From Cenarchaeum sp. (GTDB lineage: Archaea > Thermoproteota > Nitrososphaeria > Nitrososphaerales > Nitrosopumilaceae): a stretch of DNA of 64,000 nucleotides. The notes beneath the pieces are model-generated. The model had not been told where the DNA came from. It did no database searches and worked only from the letters and a program-made list of their open reading frames with translations. The position numbers were made by a program, and so were the translations under genes. Shown piece after piece: positions 9,207 to 19,926 of the stretch. Numbering within the stretch: the stretch's first letter is position 1; each line of letters begins with the position of its first letter. Location of the stretch: assembly GCA_963693095.2 (NCBI GenBank), contig OY843768.1, forward strand, positions 608,001 through 672,000, given 5' to 3'.

Positions 9207-9748
9207 TGCGCGCGCTAAAGGAGTGGTCATCGGTGGTTCGCGCGCTAGAGGAGGGCACGCAGAGCGTCATACTTCGCAAGGGCGGAATTCACGACGATGA
9301 GGGCGGCATCACGTTTGGCAGCGGCACATTTGCGCTATTCCCGACACACGAGCACCAGGACGCCTCGGCCATAAAGCCGGACTTTCGGCACTATCTTGGG
9401 GACGGCGTGCCGCACGGCGACTCGTTCAACACGGTTCGCTCGTACGCCACAGTCATCGCGACATCCGAGGTCTGGCCTGGCCCGGCACTCGATGCGCTCT
9501 CGCCGATGCACATATGGAGCGATGACTATGTCTCAAAGCGCGCGGCGTGGAAGCCCGAGAGGCCAATATGGGCGGCCCTATTGCGCGTTCACAAGGCCGC
9601 CGAGTCGCGAGTCCAGACCGGTCCAGAGCACGCCGGATGCAAGTCGTGGATCGACGTTGGGTGCGAGCTCGGCGGGGGCGAGCCGGCACTCGGGGACAGT
9701 GAGGCGGCGTCTGCGCGTGAGGCCTTTGAGGTGGCACTCGCGAAATGA
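9206..9748 (+). CDS. DUF1802 family protein
   Basis: ALKEW..V.AL..G.Q..ILRKGGI..F.LFPT.EHQ..GCKSWI. Confidence 0.88.
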   Translation: MRALKEWSSVVRALEEGTQSVILRKGGIHDDEGGITFGSGTFALFPTHEHQDASAIKPDFRHYLGDGVPHGDSFNTVRSYATVIATSEVWPGPALDALSPMHIWSDDYVSKRAAWKPERPIWAALLRVHKAAESRVQTGPEHAGCKSWIDVGCELGGGEPALGDSEAASAREAFEVALAK

Positions 9749-10734
9749 AGTACAGGAGGCTTGGGCGCAGCGGCATTCGCGTCTCGGAGATCGGCTTTGG
9801 CGCATGGGCCATAGCCATGGACTGGTGGGGCAAAAAGATCGAGGAGGACGAGGCGATTCGCATGATAAGGCGGGCATATGACCTCGGAATCAACCTCTTT
9901 GAGACTGCTGACATGTATGGCCGCGGCAAGAGCGAGCGCCTCCTTGGCCGCGCGCTAGATGGCGTGCGCGAGGAGGTCGTCATATCGACAAAGTACGGAT
10001 ATGACTTTGCCAACGCCGAGCAGATCGGCCACTCGGAGCTCCCGCAGTCCTTCTCTGAGGACTTTACGCGCGCTGCGCTGCGCGCAAGCCTCGAGCGCCT
10101 CAGGACAGACCACGTTGACGTGTATGGCATGCACAACCCAAAGATAGGGCATATCAGGGACGACTCGATATTCGCGACGCTCTCGTCGATAATATCAGAA
10201 GGCCGTGCGCGCGCAGGCCAGGTCGCCCTCGGGCCCGCTATTGGCTGGACGCGCGAGGGCATTGAGGCGATGGACAGGCCCGAGGTCTCGGCAGTCCAGA
10301 CAGTCTACAACATACTCGAGCAGACGCCGGGCAACGAGCTTGTGGAGCGCGCCTCAGACGCTGATGTCGGCATCCTCGTCAGGGTTCCGGACGCCTCGGG
10401 CATACTGACGGGCAAGGTGGGCGCAGACACAAAGATAGACGAAAAGGACCACCGCTCCGTCAGAAAGGGCGAGTGGATACGCGCATCGCTGGCAAAGGTC
10501 GAGGAGCTTCGCCCGATAGCCGAGTCCAACGGCCTCCGAATTGACGAGCTCGCCATAAAGTTCCTCCTCTCGCGCAGCGCAGTCTCCTCTGTCCTGCCGA
10601 CCGTGGTGAGCGAGGCGGAGATCGAGTCGTTTGCCGCAATGTCTGACGGGAAGGGCCTTGGGGCATCTGACATGGACGAGATTGCGCGCCTCTACTCGTC
10701 ATGGCCGGCGTACGACCTAAAGGCCTCCGCATAG
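9745..10734 (+). CDS. Aldo/keto reductase
   Basis: YRRLGRSGIRVSEIGFG, FETADMYG.G.SE, STK.G, SLERLRTDHVD..H. Confidence 0.93.
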   Translation: MKYRRLGRSGIRVSEIGFGAWAIAMDWWGKKIEEDEAIRMIRRAYDLGINLFETADMYGRGKSERLLGRALDGVREEVVISTKYGYDFANAEQIGHSELPQSFSEDFTRAALRASLERLRTDHVDVYGMHNPKIGHIRDDSIFATLSSIISEGRARAGQVALGPAIGWTREGIEAMDRPEVSAVQTVYNILEQTPGNELVERASDADVGILVRVPDASGILTGKVGADTKIDEKDHRSVRKGEWIRASLAKVEELRPIAESNGLRIDELAIKFLLSRSAVSSVLPTVVSEAEIESFAAMSDGKGLGASDMDEIARLYSSWPAYDLKASA

Positions 10735-10782
10735 GGGTACAACTGTGGGTCAAAATCAAACGAGATGGTCTGTTGGGCTGTC

Positions 10783-11088
10783 CTACCCGAACAGTGACGA
10801 GAGGCCCTCAATGGCCTGCTCCTCGGACTTTGCGTCCTTTTTGGCCTCGGCCTTGGCATCATCGCCCTTTGCGGCCGGTGCTGCCTCGGCTGCAGGCGCT
10901 GCGGCCACCGCCACGGGGGCGGCCTTTACGGCCTCGTCGATGTTGACGTCGGCCAGGGCAGCCACTAGTGACTTTACCTGGGCCTCGTTAACCTCGGCAC
11001 CTGACGCCTTTATGACGCTAGAGACGGTCTCCTCGCTGACCTCCTTCTTTAGCTTGTGAAGGAGGAGCGCGGCATAGACGTATTCCAT
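10783..11088 (-). CDS. rpl12: 50S ribosomal stalk protein L12 (P1/P2)
   Basis: MEYVYAALLLH..Ala-rich hinge..EGLSSLFG; TATA TTTTATATAAA ~24 nt upstream on the minus strand. Confidence 0.96.
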   Translation of the reverse strand: MEYVYAALLLHKLKKEVSEETVSSVIKASGAEVNEAQVKSLVAALADVNIDEAVKAAPVAVAAAPAAEAAPAAKGDDAKAEAKKDAKSEEQAIEGLSSLFG

Positions 11089-11389
11089 TTTCAACGCGAC
11101 GCTCGAACGGCTTTATATAAAACTATGGCGTTATGGGCAGGTATGAGGCCAGCACCTCTGCCCATTCATGCCTAGACAGGCGCCGAAATGGCAAGTAGAT
11201 CGACAGGATCACGCCTATTTGGCCAAATGAGGGGTGCTAACCTCATACTATGGGCAGGCCTGCCCTATACGAAAAGTAGTGGACTGGGCGAGAACGCCTG
11301 CCTGGCGCAGATCCTGGAGCCCCGGAGGGCCGGCGGGTTCGACAGGCTGCCAAAACAAACGTTTGGGGGCCTCCGGCGCGGGCAGGCCA

Positions 11390-11607
11390 CGCCAGTCAGG
11401 AGGCCGGACGCGCGGGCGCTTCGGTACGTGGCAAGGACGCTGGCGATCCGGAGCGCCGGGAAGGTGGCGCAGGAGCTCGGGATTTTCCGGTCGTGGGCAT
11501 ACGAGCTGCGCGCGCACTGCCGGCAGACCGACGCGCCGCCGGAGCCGCTGCCGGTGGGGAGGCCGCGCAGGGAGATCACGCGGGCGCAGGGTTATGGCGT
11601 TTGCTAA
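11390..11607 (+). pseudogene. Truncated transposase N-terminal HTH (IS481/IS630-like remnant)
   Basis: ALRYVAR..SAGKVAQELGIFRSWAYEL..R.T...P.P.GRPRREIT is an HTH followed by GRP; no DDE domain follows. Confidence 0.6.
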
Positions 11608-11781
11608 ACGTCGCAAACTAGACAGGGAGATCGGGCGCTATGTCGGGGATGCCATATGATCTTGGATCGGATGAATGGCCAAAAGATCAGGGCTATGGCA
11701 TGAGAACATCAGTTTCATCAACCTCTTTATCTTGAAATGTTTGTGGCCTTTGGCCTGCCATGGGCTACGCATTCAGGGGCA

Positions 11782-12315
11782 CTACGCGCGTGGGCTTGCG
11801 ATCCCATGATCTTGCAGCACGCCGGCAATTCCTGATGCGTCATCGAGGCGCGCATAGTCTGCGAGGAGAGACTCGTTTAGCTCGTAAAACGTGTGCCCCC
11901 ACGCAAACCTGGCGAGTATGTCCTGCGCCCATGTGTCATCTCCCAGGATAAAGAGCGCTGCGGCCATGGCCTCGGCCGTGGTGAGGAATCCGATCCTGGA
12001 ATAGTTTACGGGGTTTCCGGCCATCAGCGGCGGGAGGCTCTTGCGCGATGCCATCGTGGTGGACGCAAAGACGCCGTCGGCGAGGCGCCATGAGCAGTCT
12101 ATGGCAGTTATCGATCCGGTGGAGCGCGCATCGCCGCGCAGCAGGACGCTCTCCGAGTATGGATCCAGCACAACAGCGCCACTGCTGCGCGGTGCGTGGC
12201 GCACGCCTCGCGCAATGCCGAGGCGAACCATCTTGGCGGCGGTGCACTTTTTTGGATCGTCCTGGCGCATGAGAACTACTCCGAGGTGCACTCGCCGCGG
12301 CTGGCCACGTGGCAT
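11782..12315 (-). CDS. tsr3: 16S rRNA aminocarboxypropyltransferase Tsr3 (DUF367)
   Basis: QDDPKKCTA, IDCSW, LPPLMAGNPVNY, LTTAEAMAAAL, F.WGHTF..LN. Confidence 0.93.
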   Translation of the reverse strand: MPRGQPRRVHLGVVLMRQDDPKKCTAAKMVRLGIARGVRHAPRSSGAVVLDPYSESVLLRGDARSTGSITAIDCSWRLADGVFASTTMASRKSLPPLMAGNPVNYSRIGFLTTAEAMAAALFILGDDTWAQDILARFAWGHTFYELNESLLADYARLDDASGIAGVLQDHGIASPRA

Positions 12316-12316
12316 G

Positions 12317-15300
12317 TCAGGGTGTCTGGGTCGTGTAGACGACCTTGTGCGTGAGCTCCGCGTCGCCAGCATTGCCTGCCTCGACTGTCCACTCTGAGTC
12401 TGGCAGCGAGCCTCCGCGCTCCATGGGTATGATGGTGAGCTTTACCGGCCCTGATCCGTCGCCGCTGTACCTGACGCTAAAGTCGTGCGCCCCTATGCTG
12501 ACCGTGCGATAGAGCGAACCGGCAGACCTCGTCGGGCCGTCGACTAGGCATCCGGTCGACGATCCAATGACGCATGTTCCGTCCACGTGCGTGAGGCTCA
12601 GCGAGGCGCCGGTTCCGGCCGGCGCATGCAGCGTTGCGACTATCGAGCGCGGCAGGAGGATCGTCCCGCTCACATCGCGCGCCACGACCGAGATCGACGC
12701 AGTCGTCCCGTCAGCATCACGCTCCTCGACTATGCGCCGCGGTGGCTCTGCGCCCGTGGCCGCATCAGAGGGCTCGGCGAGGCTGACACTCGTCGCCTTG
12801 ACGTCCATGGGCACCTCGCCAACGTAGAACGTGTCGCGCGCCTTGTCTCCCCTGTACGTCGCAGTCACGACGTATGCGCCGTCGGCATATATGCCGGGCG
12901 TCATCCTCTCGCTTATCTCGAACTCGCCTGACCTGTCTGGCGTGACGAACGTCTCGTTGCGCATGTTGCGCGGGTTGTTCGCATCGGCGATGACCACCCT
13001 CACCTGGTCATTGGCCGGATAGGTGTAGCTGCCCCTGGCCTCAGGCACGTCTGCCGTGCCAGTTATCATGACCACCGAGCCGCGCTCGTGTGAGTCGCCC
13101 TCGACATTGATCGTCACCGGAGGCCGGTCCCCGTCATCACCCTCGACCCCGCCGACCCTAAAGACAAGCTCGCGCGCCTCGTTTGTCGAGGCGACCGTGA
13201 GGAGATATGGCCCCATGTTGGACTCGTGCCTCTCTGTCGGCGTCTGCCATCCCCACTCGTACGTCCCGTCCTCGCCCACCGTCACTGATGAGGACGTGCT
13301 CTTGCCGTTGGGCCGGAGTACTGTCACGTCTAGTGCGCGTATGTCGACTACTGCGGACGTCAGGCCCGTGAGCCTCACGCTGTCGCCAAACGTGAACGCC
13401 TTGCGCTCAAGCTCTGCGGTAAAGTGCGCGCCCTCTAGGTCTCGCGGGTCATTTATGATGATCATCTTTGTCGCAGAGTGCTCGGGCTTGTTTGAGATCG
13501 ACTTTGTGTGGTATGTGCCCACAAAGTCGTACTCTACGCTGGACTCTATCCTCTCGCCAACCGTGTTCTCCCTGACCGAGCCGAGGACAGACTCCACTGT
13601 GCCGCGAATGTACATGGCAGTCACCTTGTACTCGCCGGGCTCAAAGACGCCGCGCTCCACGGTGTTTGTCACATAATAGTTGCCGGCAGCGTCAGGCGAG
13701 GCGGACAGGAGGAGGGCGTCTGAGGGATCCGCGCCCTCTGCGAGGAACCTGACTATGACGATCGCCGTCTGGTACAGTGGGTCAAGCTCGCCTAGCGCGC
13801 CAGAGATGATGAACTTGCTGCCAATGTCGTACGAATCGGCGTCCGTGCGTATGGAGAACTCGCTGTCGGTGTGCAGCTCGGGGTCTTCCACAACGCGAAA
13901 CGACGTCGATGCCGAGTGTGGCCCGTCTGTGGCCGAGACTGTATAGCGGCCAATCCTGTCAGGGTCATCCGGTATGGAAACCTCGTGGTCAAACCGGCCG
14001 TCCGGCATTGGCTTTAGCTGCTTGAACACGACAAACTTTGACGCCGGCGTGACTGCGGTGTTCTGTATCTGCTCAATGTTCAGCATCACCGTGTCGGCCC
14101 ACACCCTGTTGACCCTGCCGTCAATGCTCACGATGTCGCCAATCCCATAGACGGGGCTGTCTGAGGCAAGCGATATGTCAGTGTCCTCCTTTACGTCCCT
14201 GTCTAGCGCAAATGCCGTAGATGCCGCAAGCGTGCCGTAATTGCCCACTATCGAGTAGGAGCCGTACACGGGCTTGATCGTGCTCATATAGATCGTGCCG
14301 GCAAACTGTACCCCGTCTGCCCCAAAGCCGCCCTGCGCGGAGTCTCGCTGCACGCCACTGGGAAACAGCACGCCCTTGTCGATCACCGTTCCCCTGGGGT
14401 CGATGACGTCGTACTCGAGGCCCTCTAGCGCAAAGGTCTGGCTTGACACGGCAAGCACGCCGACCTTGTCACCGGGCAGGTATGACTCTGTATCGGTCCG
14501 CATGGCGAGGCCCTCGATTGCCTCCTCGGGCTCTGGCTCGGGCTCGTCACTCGCCACGGTAAACGACGTTGCCGCAGTGCTCCCAACGTACTTTGCCACG
14601 ACATCATAGACCCCAAGCCCTGTCCCGAGTGCCTCGCGCAGCTTTATGCTCGTTTCGTACCGGAGATCCTCTCCGGGGGTTATTGATGTCACGCTCGTAT
14701 AGTCTGTTCCGTTGACCGTTATCTTTACGTGCGCAGGCAAAAAGAACGCCGTTGACTCGGGGCGAATTCCGCCGACACTTCCGCTTATCGTCACCGTCTC
14801 GCCGGGCTCATACATATCCTTGTTTGTGGCCACGTGAATGGAGATCGTCTCGGGCACCTCGCGCTCAGTGGACTTTCCATTGGACGTCCCGCGTGTGTAT
14901 ATGTCAAAGTGCCAGTCATTGCGTGAGTCTGTGTCAAGGGCATCGTGCTTTCGCTGCCATGTGTCAAGGTTGTCCTCAACGTCAATGAGCTGTGGCGTTT
15001 CATCCACTATCTCCCACTGCAGGTTGCGCAGTATGGCCGACTCGGCAACGTTGACAAACCACTCGCCGGTTCTTGTGAACGTAAAGAACTGCTCTGGCCG
15101 AAGCACGACGCCAGACGGAATGGTCGTTGTCGTTTGCGTGACGCCAGAGGTCACGGTCCAGCCCCCGACGTCCACTTTGGAGGACGTTGGGTTGTATATC
15201 TCCACCCACTCAAACGTGTTAAAGCCGTCCTCGCCAAACGGGTTGATCTCAATCTCGTTGATCACAATGCGTCCCTCGTCCTCTCTTGCCATGGCCGCAG

Positions 15301-15613
15301 TACCTGCGGCATCCCGCATGGAGTCATCCTCGCCCTCGTGCGTGTGCTCCTCCTCGCCCTCGTGCGTGTGCGGCTCAGGGTCACCCTCGTGCGTGTGCTC
15401 GTCTGCGTCATGCGTGTGCGGCTCAGGGTCACCCTCGTGCGTGTGCTCTTCTTCGCCCTCGTGCGTATGCGGCCCCGCATCGCCTTGCTCCATGGCCATG
15501 GCCGGATCCGCAAGCTCGACTGCCTGCTGCCCCGCATCCTCCTGGGCGAGTGCTGAGGGAGTGGCTAGCGCAATGGCTAGGACCACCATGGACATGAGAG
15601 CTGCCGGTGTCAT
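12317..15613 (-). CDS. Large secreted/surface protein: signal peptide, His/Glu-rich repeats, lamin-tail domain, multiple Ig-like repeats
   Basis: Signal peptide ..ALAQE; IVINEIEINP..EWVEIYNPT..VDVGGW (LTD); repeated T(D/N)..Y..G..V.I.G beta modules. Confidence 0.85.
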   Translation of the reverse strand: MTPAALMSMVVLAIALATPSALAQEDAGQQAVELADPAMAMEQGDAGPHTHEGEEEHTHEGDPEPHTHDADEHTHEGDPEPHTHEGEEEHTHEGEDDSMRDAAGTAAMAREDEGRIVINEIEINPFGEDGFNTFEWVEIYNPTSSKVDVGGWTVTSGVTQTTTTIPSGVVLRPEQFFTFTRTGEWFVNVAESAILRNLQWEIVDETPQLIDVEDNLDTWQRKHDALDTDSRNDWHFDIYTRGTSNGKSTEREVPETISIHVATNKDMYEPGETVTISGSVGGIRPESTAFFLPAHVKITVNGTDYTSVTSITPGEDLRYETSIKLREALGTGLGVYDVVAKYVGSTAATSFTVASDEPEPEPEEAIEGLAMRTDTESYLPGDKVGVLAVSSQTFALEGLEYDVIDPRGTVIDKGVLFPSGVQRDSAQGGFGADGVQFAGTIYMSTIKPVYGSYSIVGNYGTLAASTAFALDRDVKEDTDISLASDSPVYGIGDIVSIDGRVNRVWADTVMLNIEQIQNTAVTPASKFVVFKQLKPMPDGRFDHEVSIPDDPDRIGRYTVSATDGPHSASTSFRVVEDPELHTDSEFSIRTDADSYDIGSKFIISGALGELDPLYQTAIVIVRFLAEGADPSDALLLSASPDAAGNYYVTNTVERGVFEPGEYKVTAMYIRGTVESVLGSVRENTVGERIESSVEYDFVGTYHTKSISNKPEHSATKMIIINDPRDLEGAHFTAELERKAFTFGDSVRLTGLTSAVVDIRALDVTVLRPNGKSTSSSVTVGEDGTYEWGWQTPTERHESNMGPYLLTVASTNEARELVFRVGGVEGDDGDRPPVTINVEGDSHERGSVVMITGTADVPEARGSYTYPANDQVRVVIADANNPRNMRNETFVTPDRSGEFEISERMTPGIYADGAYVVTATYRGDKARDTFYVGEVPMDVKATSVSLAEPSDAATGAEPPRRIVEERDADGTTASISVVARDVSGTILLPRSIVATLHAPAGTGASLSLTHVDGTCVIGSSTGCLVDGPTRSAGSLYRTVSIGAHDFSVRYSGDGSGPVKLTIIPMERGGSLPDSEWTVEAGNAGDAELTHKVVYTTQTP
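15329..15472 (-). repeat. Six HTH(E/D) units: HTHEGEEE / HTHEGDPEP / HTHDADE
   Basis: Direct repeats CCCTCGTGCGTGTG and GGCTCAGGGTCACCCTCGTGCGTGTGCTC on the + strand. Confidence 0.93.
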
Positions 15614-15838
15614 GTGTGCTCGATTTCTATGATCAGGTATATAACCCTTAGAGCGTCTCCCCGCCTAGCATTCCACTGCCGTATGGCAGGACGCTAGGAT
15701 CTTGGGCGTCTTGCGCACGGGATGTCCGGCCCAGTCGGCAACAATAATAACGCCGGGCATGCGCGCAGCACGCATGGGAGAGCGTAGCGTCACCGGCGCG
15801 TGCACGCTCGCGGCTCACGCGCGGATGGTGTGCCCCGC

Positions 15839-17431
15839 ATGACAAAGCTCATCTTTGTGACAGGCGGCGTGATGTCTGGCCTCGGCAAGGGCGTCGTCTC
15901 CTCCTCCATCGCCAAGCTCCTGCAACTCTCAGACCAGCGCGTCTCTTGCATAAAGATCGACCCATACCTAAACTATGACGCCGGCACGATGAACCCAGTG
16001 GCCCATGGGGAGGTCTTTGTGACCGAGGACGGGGGCGAGTGCGACATGGACATTGGCAACTATGAGCGCTTTCTCAACCAGAACATGACAAAGTCGCACA
16101 ACATCACGACATCGCAGGTGTACTCGTCGGTGATGGAAAAGGAGCGGCGCGGGGACTATCTTGGAGCGTGCGTCCAGATCATACCGCATGTCACAGACGA
16201 GATAAAGTCGCGCATACGAAAGACGGCCGAGGACGAGTCCCTTGACATGCTCGTTGTGGAGTGTGGCGGAACTGTCGGGGACATTGAGAGCCTGCCGTTT
16301 CTTGAGGCATTGAGGCAGATACGCGTGGAGGACGGCCCGCAGAATGTCGCATTTGTCCATGTCACGCTTGCGCCATCGCTTGAGGCCGTGGGGGAACAAA
16401 AGACAAAACCGACACAGCACAGCGTGCAGGAGCTTCGGCGTATAGGCATACAGCCAGACTATGTCGCCGTGCGGTGTGAACAGGAGCTCGAGGGTTCCAC
16501 AAGGAAAAAGATTGCGCTCTTTACAAACGTTCCAGAGGGCGATGTCCTCTCGTGCCACGACGTGAGCACGATATTTCGCGTGCCGCACGAGCTGTACGGC
16601 CAGGGCATTGTGGACTCTATGTTCAAAAAGTTCGGCAAGGTTGGCCTCGTCAACACGTCTGGCCTCTGGACCGACTGGTCGTCCATAGTCGACTCGTTGG
16701 CCCCACAGGGAGACGCCGTCCGCATAGCCATGGTCGGCAAGTATGTCACTCTAGCTGACAGCTATGTCAGCGTAAACCACGCGCTCCACCACGCCGGCGC
16801 GGCCATCGGGCGCAAGGTCGAGATTGATTGGCTTGACTCTGAGCATCTCGACGAGGGCTCGCTTGGCGGATATGGCGGGATAATCGTGCCGGGCGGGTTT
16901 GGCACACGCGGCGCCGAGGGGATAATCGCCGCCGCCGAGCACGCGCGCCTCACAAACACCCCGTACCTCGGGATATGCTTTGGGTTCCAGCTCGCCGCAG
17001 TCGCCTTTGCGCGCGGCGCGTGCGGAATCAAGGGCGCAACGTCCACGGAGCTCGACGAGTCGGCCTCCGAGCCAGTCGTGGGCCTGCTCCCCGAGCAGCG
17101 CGACGTGGACGGCATGGGCGGCTCGCTGCGCCTCGGTGCCCACGAGATCGAGCTAACAGCCGGCTCGCGCGCCGAGTCGATATACGAGACGGGCGGCATA
17201 TCGCGGCGCCATCGGCACCGCTACGAGTTCACGCTTGACTATCGCGAGCGCTTTGCGCAGGCCGGCATGGTCTTTAGCGGCCAGAGCGACTCTGGCAGGC
17301 GCATGGAGATCCTCGAGATACCAAGGCACAAGTTCTTTATCGGCGTGCAGTTCCATCCAGAGTTTAGCAGCAGGCCGGGCGCGCCAGAGGGCGCATTTGG
17401 CGCCTTTGTCGCAGCCGCAGCCGGCGCCTAG
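15839..17431 (+). CDS. pyrG: CTP synthase
   Basis: [50 protein letters not shown]. Confidence 0.98.
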   Translation: MTKLIFVTGGVMSGLGKGVVSSSIAKLLQLSDQRVSCIKIDPYLNYDAGTMNPVAHGEVFVTEDGGECDMDIGNYERFLNQNMTKSHNITTSQVYSSVMEKERRGDYLGACVQIIPHVTDEIKSRIRKTAEDESLDMLVVECGGTVGDIESLPFLEALRQIRVEDGPQNVAFVHVTLAPSLEAVGEQKTKPTQHSVQELRRIGIQPDYVAVRCEQELEGSTRKKIALFTNVPEGDVLSCHDVSTIFRVPHELYGQGIVDSMFKKFGKVGLVNTSGLWTDWSSIVDSLAPQGDAVRIAMVGKYVTLADSYVSVNHALHHAGAAIGRKVEIDWLDSEHLDEGSLGGYGGIIVPGGFGTRGAEGIIAAAEHARLTNTPYLGICFGFQLAAVAFARGACGIKGATSTELDESASEPVVGLLPEQRDVDGMGGSLRLGAHEIELTAGSRAESIYETGGISRRHRHRYEFTLDYRERFAQAGMVFSGQSDSGRRMEILEIPRHKFFIGVQFHPEFSSRPGAPEGAFGAFVAAAAGA

Positions 17432-18432
17432 GGCGTGTGGGCGAGCTCATAGATGCCCTGCCTAGAGTCCCTGTCCGAGACGCGCCTGTTCACGTGGCCG
17501 TTGTCGATGAGGTTCCTTAGGGCAAAGCGCATCGTGCGCGCCGGCAGCATTGTCCTCGACGATATCTCGCGCAGCGTCATCGGCGTGCCCCCGTACTCTA
17601 GGGCCTTTAGGATTAGCTTTGCGCTCGGCGACATCTTTAGCAGGTCACCGGCGAGATCAACCTTTTTTGCGAGGCCAGACATTGCGGATATGGCAGTGCC
17701 CATGCGCACAATGTTTGCCGTGTGGTCCATCCTCGTGCATTTCACCCTCTCCTTGACGGCAAGGCGATCAATGCCGTCAAGGACAACCTCACAGTGCGTC
17801 TTTGAGGATATTCCGACTATCTCTATTGAGCTGGTGTCCGGAACAATGACTGGGCGTCGCGTCACGTCAAGCGAGTTTACCGAGACGATTCCAAATGCGC
17901 GCGTGCTGGGAAATATCACCGGCCCGCCGGCTGACATTGAGTATGCCGAGGAGCCCATGGGAGTTGCCACAATTATGCCATCCCCGTTGTCGTGCCAGAC
18001 CTCCTCGCCGTCGACCCTGAGCTCGTGCTCCATGAGCATCGCGCTCTTTGAGGCAAAGACGGCCACGTCGTTGAGGGCCGGATGCACGCGCTTTCCGTCA
18101 ATGCTCACCCCTATGCGCGGCATCGCATCAACGTCATACTTGCGCGCGGCAAGCCCGTCGATGTGCGAGCGCAGGCTCTTGACGTCGAGGCTTGCTAGGA
18201 GCCCGGCGGACTCGCCCTCGCCTAGGCCGAGCACGGGAACCTCCGAGAGCGGCCTGTCATGAAAGTAGGCGCGCACTCCCCTGTCGCCCCCTAGGACGAC
18301 GACAATGTCAGCGCTGTCGGCGTCTGCCTTTCGGGCACCAATGACGAACGCGTCAATGCCGCCCCACTGCAGCTCGCCTACTATGGCCTTGGGCGTCGTG
18401 CGCGTGCCCTGGCCGTATACCCCCACCCTCAT
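17428..18432 (-). CDS. NAD kinase family protein with C-terminal winged HTH
   Basis: VVLGGD, ALNDV, GDGIIVATPMGSSAYSMSAGGP; C-terminal SPSAKLILKALEY..T.REI..T.LP.RT.R.AL..L. Confidence 0.88.
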   Translation of the reverse strand: MRVGVYGQGTRTTPKAIVGELQWGGIDAFVIGARKADADSADIVVVLGGDRGVRAYFHDRPLSEVPVLGLGEGESAGLLASLDVKSLRSHIDGLAARKYDVDAMPRIGVSIDGKRVHPALNDVAVFASKSAMLMEHELRVDGEEVWHDNGDGIIVATPMGSSAYSMSAGGPVIFPSTRAFGIVSVNSLDVTRRPVIVPDTSSIEIVGISSKTHCEVVLDGIDRLAVKERVKCTRMDHTANIVRMGTAISAMSGLAKKVDLAGDLLKMSPSAKLILKALEYGGTPMTLREISSRTMLPARTMRFALRNLIDNGHVNRRVSDRDSRQGIYELAHTP

Positions 18433-18628
18433 CTGGACGCGGCGCTGTGGCGTGGGTGGTATATTTGGATCCCGCGCCCAACGCCGGCATGGGCGTGGTT
18501 TTGGCACTCATGGCATGCCCACGCGCGCGCCGCGCCATGGGCATTCATGCGTCCGGCCCCGGCGCGGGCGCACCCTGGACCACGTGGCTCATCTACACAT
18601 AATAACTCGCGCCCTGGGCCTCGCGGCG

Positions 18629-19926
18629 TTGTCCACGGTCTCTGAGACGAGCACACCGCTACTGGAGCTGATGGCCCGAACGCGCGCCGAGACGATGTCA
18701 CTCGTCTCCACGCTTGAGCCTGATGACCATGTCGTCCAGACTGCGCCGTACACGAGTCCGCCAAAGTGGCACGTGGGGCATGTCAGCTGGGTGTTTGAGA
18801 TGGTCATTCGCAAGCTCGATACATCCTATGCGCCAACGCCGATGGCCGAGTCGCCATACCTCAACTCGTACTATCGGCAGGCCGGCAGCCCGCACCCAAA
18901 GGCCGAGCGTGGCGCAGTCTCACGACCCACGGCACGCGAGCTGCTTGACTATCATGGCGAGGTGACGCGCCGGCTGGGCGATGCCATGCGCCACTGCAAA
19001 GGCGCAGCCGAGGCGCAACGCCTCCTCGCAATGGCTATCCACCACGAGTGCCAGCACCAGGAGCTCATGGTGTACGACCTACAGCACATGCTCGCCTCGG
19101 CATACGAGCCGGCATCGCGAACCGGCCCGCCGGCGCCTGCACTGCATGAGCGCCCGCGCAGCGTGCGCATCGGCGGAGGCACGCGGCGCGTTGGCCACGA
19201 CGGGCGCGGATACTCGTATGACATTGAGATGCTGCGCACACGGTTCACCTTGATGACTATGAGATTGATGTCTTTCCGGTGACGTGCGGGGAGTATGCCG
19301 AATTTATCGATGACGGGGGCTATTCGGACTATCGCCACTGGCTCTCTGACGGATGGGACGCGGTGTGCGAGAACTCGTGGAAGGCGCCAATGTACTGGGA
19401 GCGCGACGGGGACTCGTGGACTGTCCATGACTTTGCCGGAAGGCGCGTGATCGACGCAGACGAGCCGGTCTGCTGCGTGAGCTATTACGAGGCCGACGCG
19501 TACTGCCGATGGGCCGGCAGGAGGCTCCCGACTGAGTTTGAGTGGGAGGTCGCCGCCTGCCATGATGACGATGGCCGCGCCATGGCGTTTCCGTGGGGAG
19601 ACTCGCCGCCTGATGCGACGCGCGCAAACCTCCTCGAGTCGCGCCTCTGGAGGCGCGCGAGGGTCGGCTCGTATCCGGCCGGCGCGAGCCCGTCCGGATG
19701 CGAGCAGATGATCGGCGATGTCTGGGAATGGACGAGCTCCGAGTTTGCGCCATATCCGGGATTCCAGTCTGGATTTGACGAGTACAACGACAAGTGGTTT
19801 GGGGGCCAAAAGGTCCTGCGCGGCGGCTCGTCGGCGACGCCGGCGGCCTCGATCCGCCCCACATACCGCAACTTTTTCCGGCCCCATGAGCGCTGGATGT
19901 TTGCGGGATTTCGCTGCGCGAGCTAG
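18629..19926 (+). pseudogene. egtB: Ergothioneine sulfoxide synthase EgtB split by a 1-nt deletion at ~19232 (pseudogene or sequencing error)
   Basis: DinB-like SPPKWHVGH and HHECQHQE in the first frame; FGE-sulfatase domain ([40 protein letters not shown]) in the next; adding one C restores ..[22 protein letters not shown].. Confidence 0.88.

Noticed and set aside
15676-15720. Hairpin GCAGGACGC...GCGTCTTGC upstream of pyrG as a riboswitch
   Set aside because: A single GC-rich stem with no recognisable aptamer motif; plausible by chance
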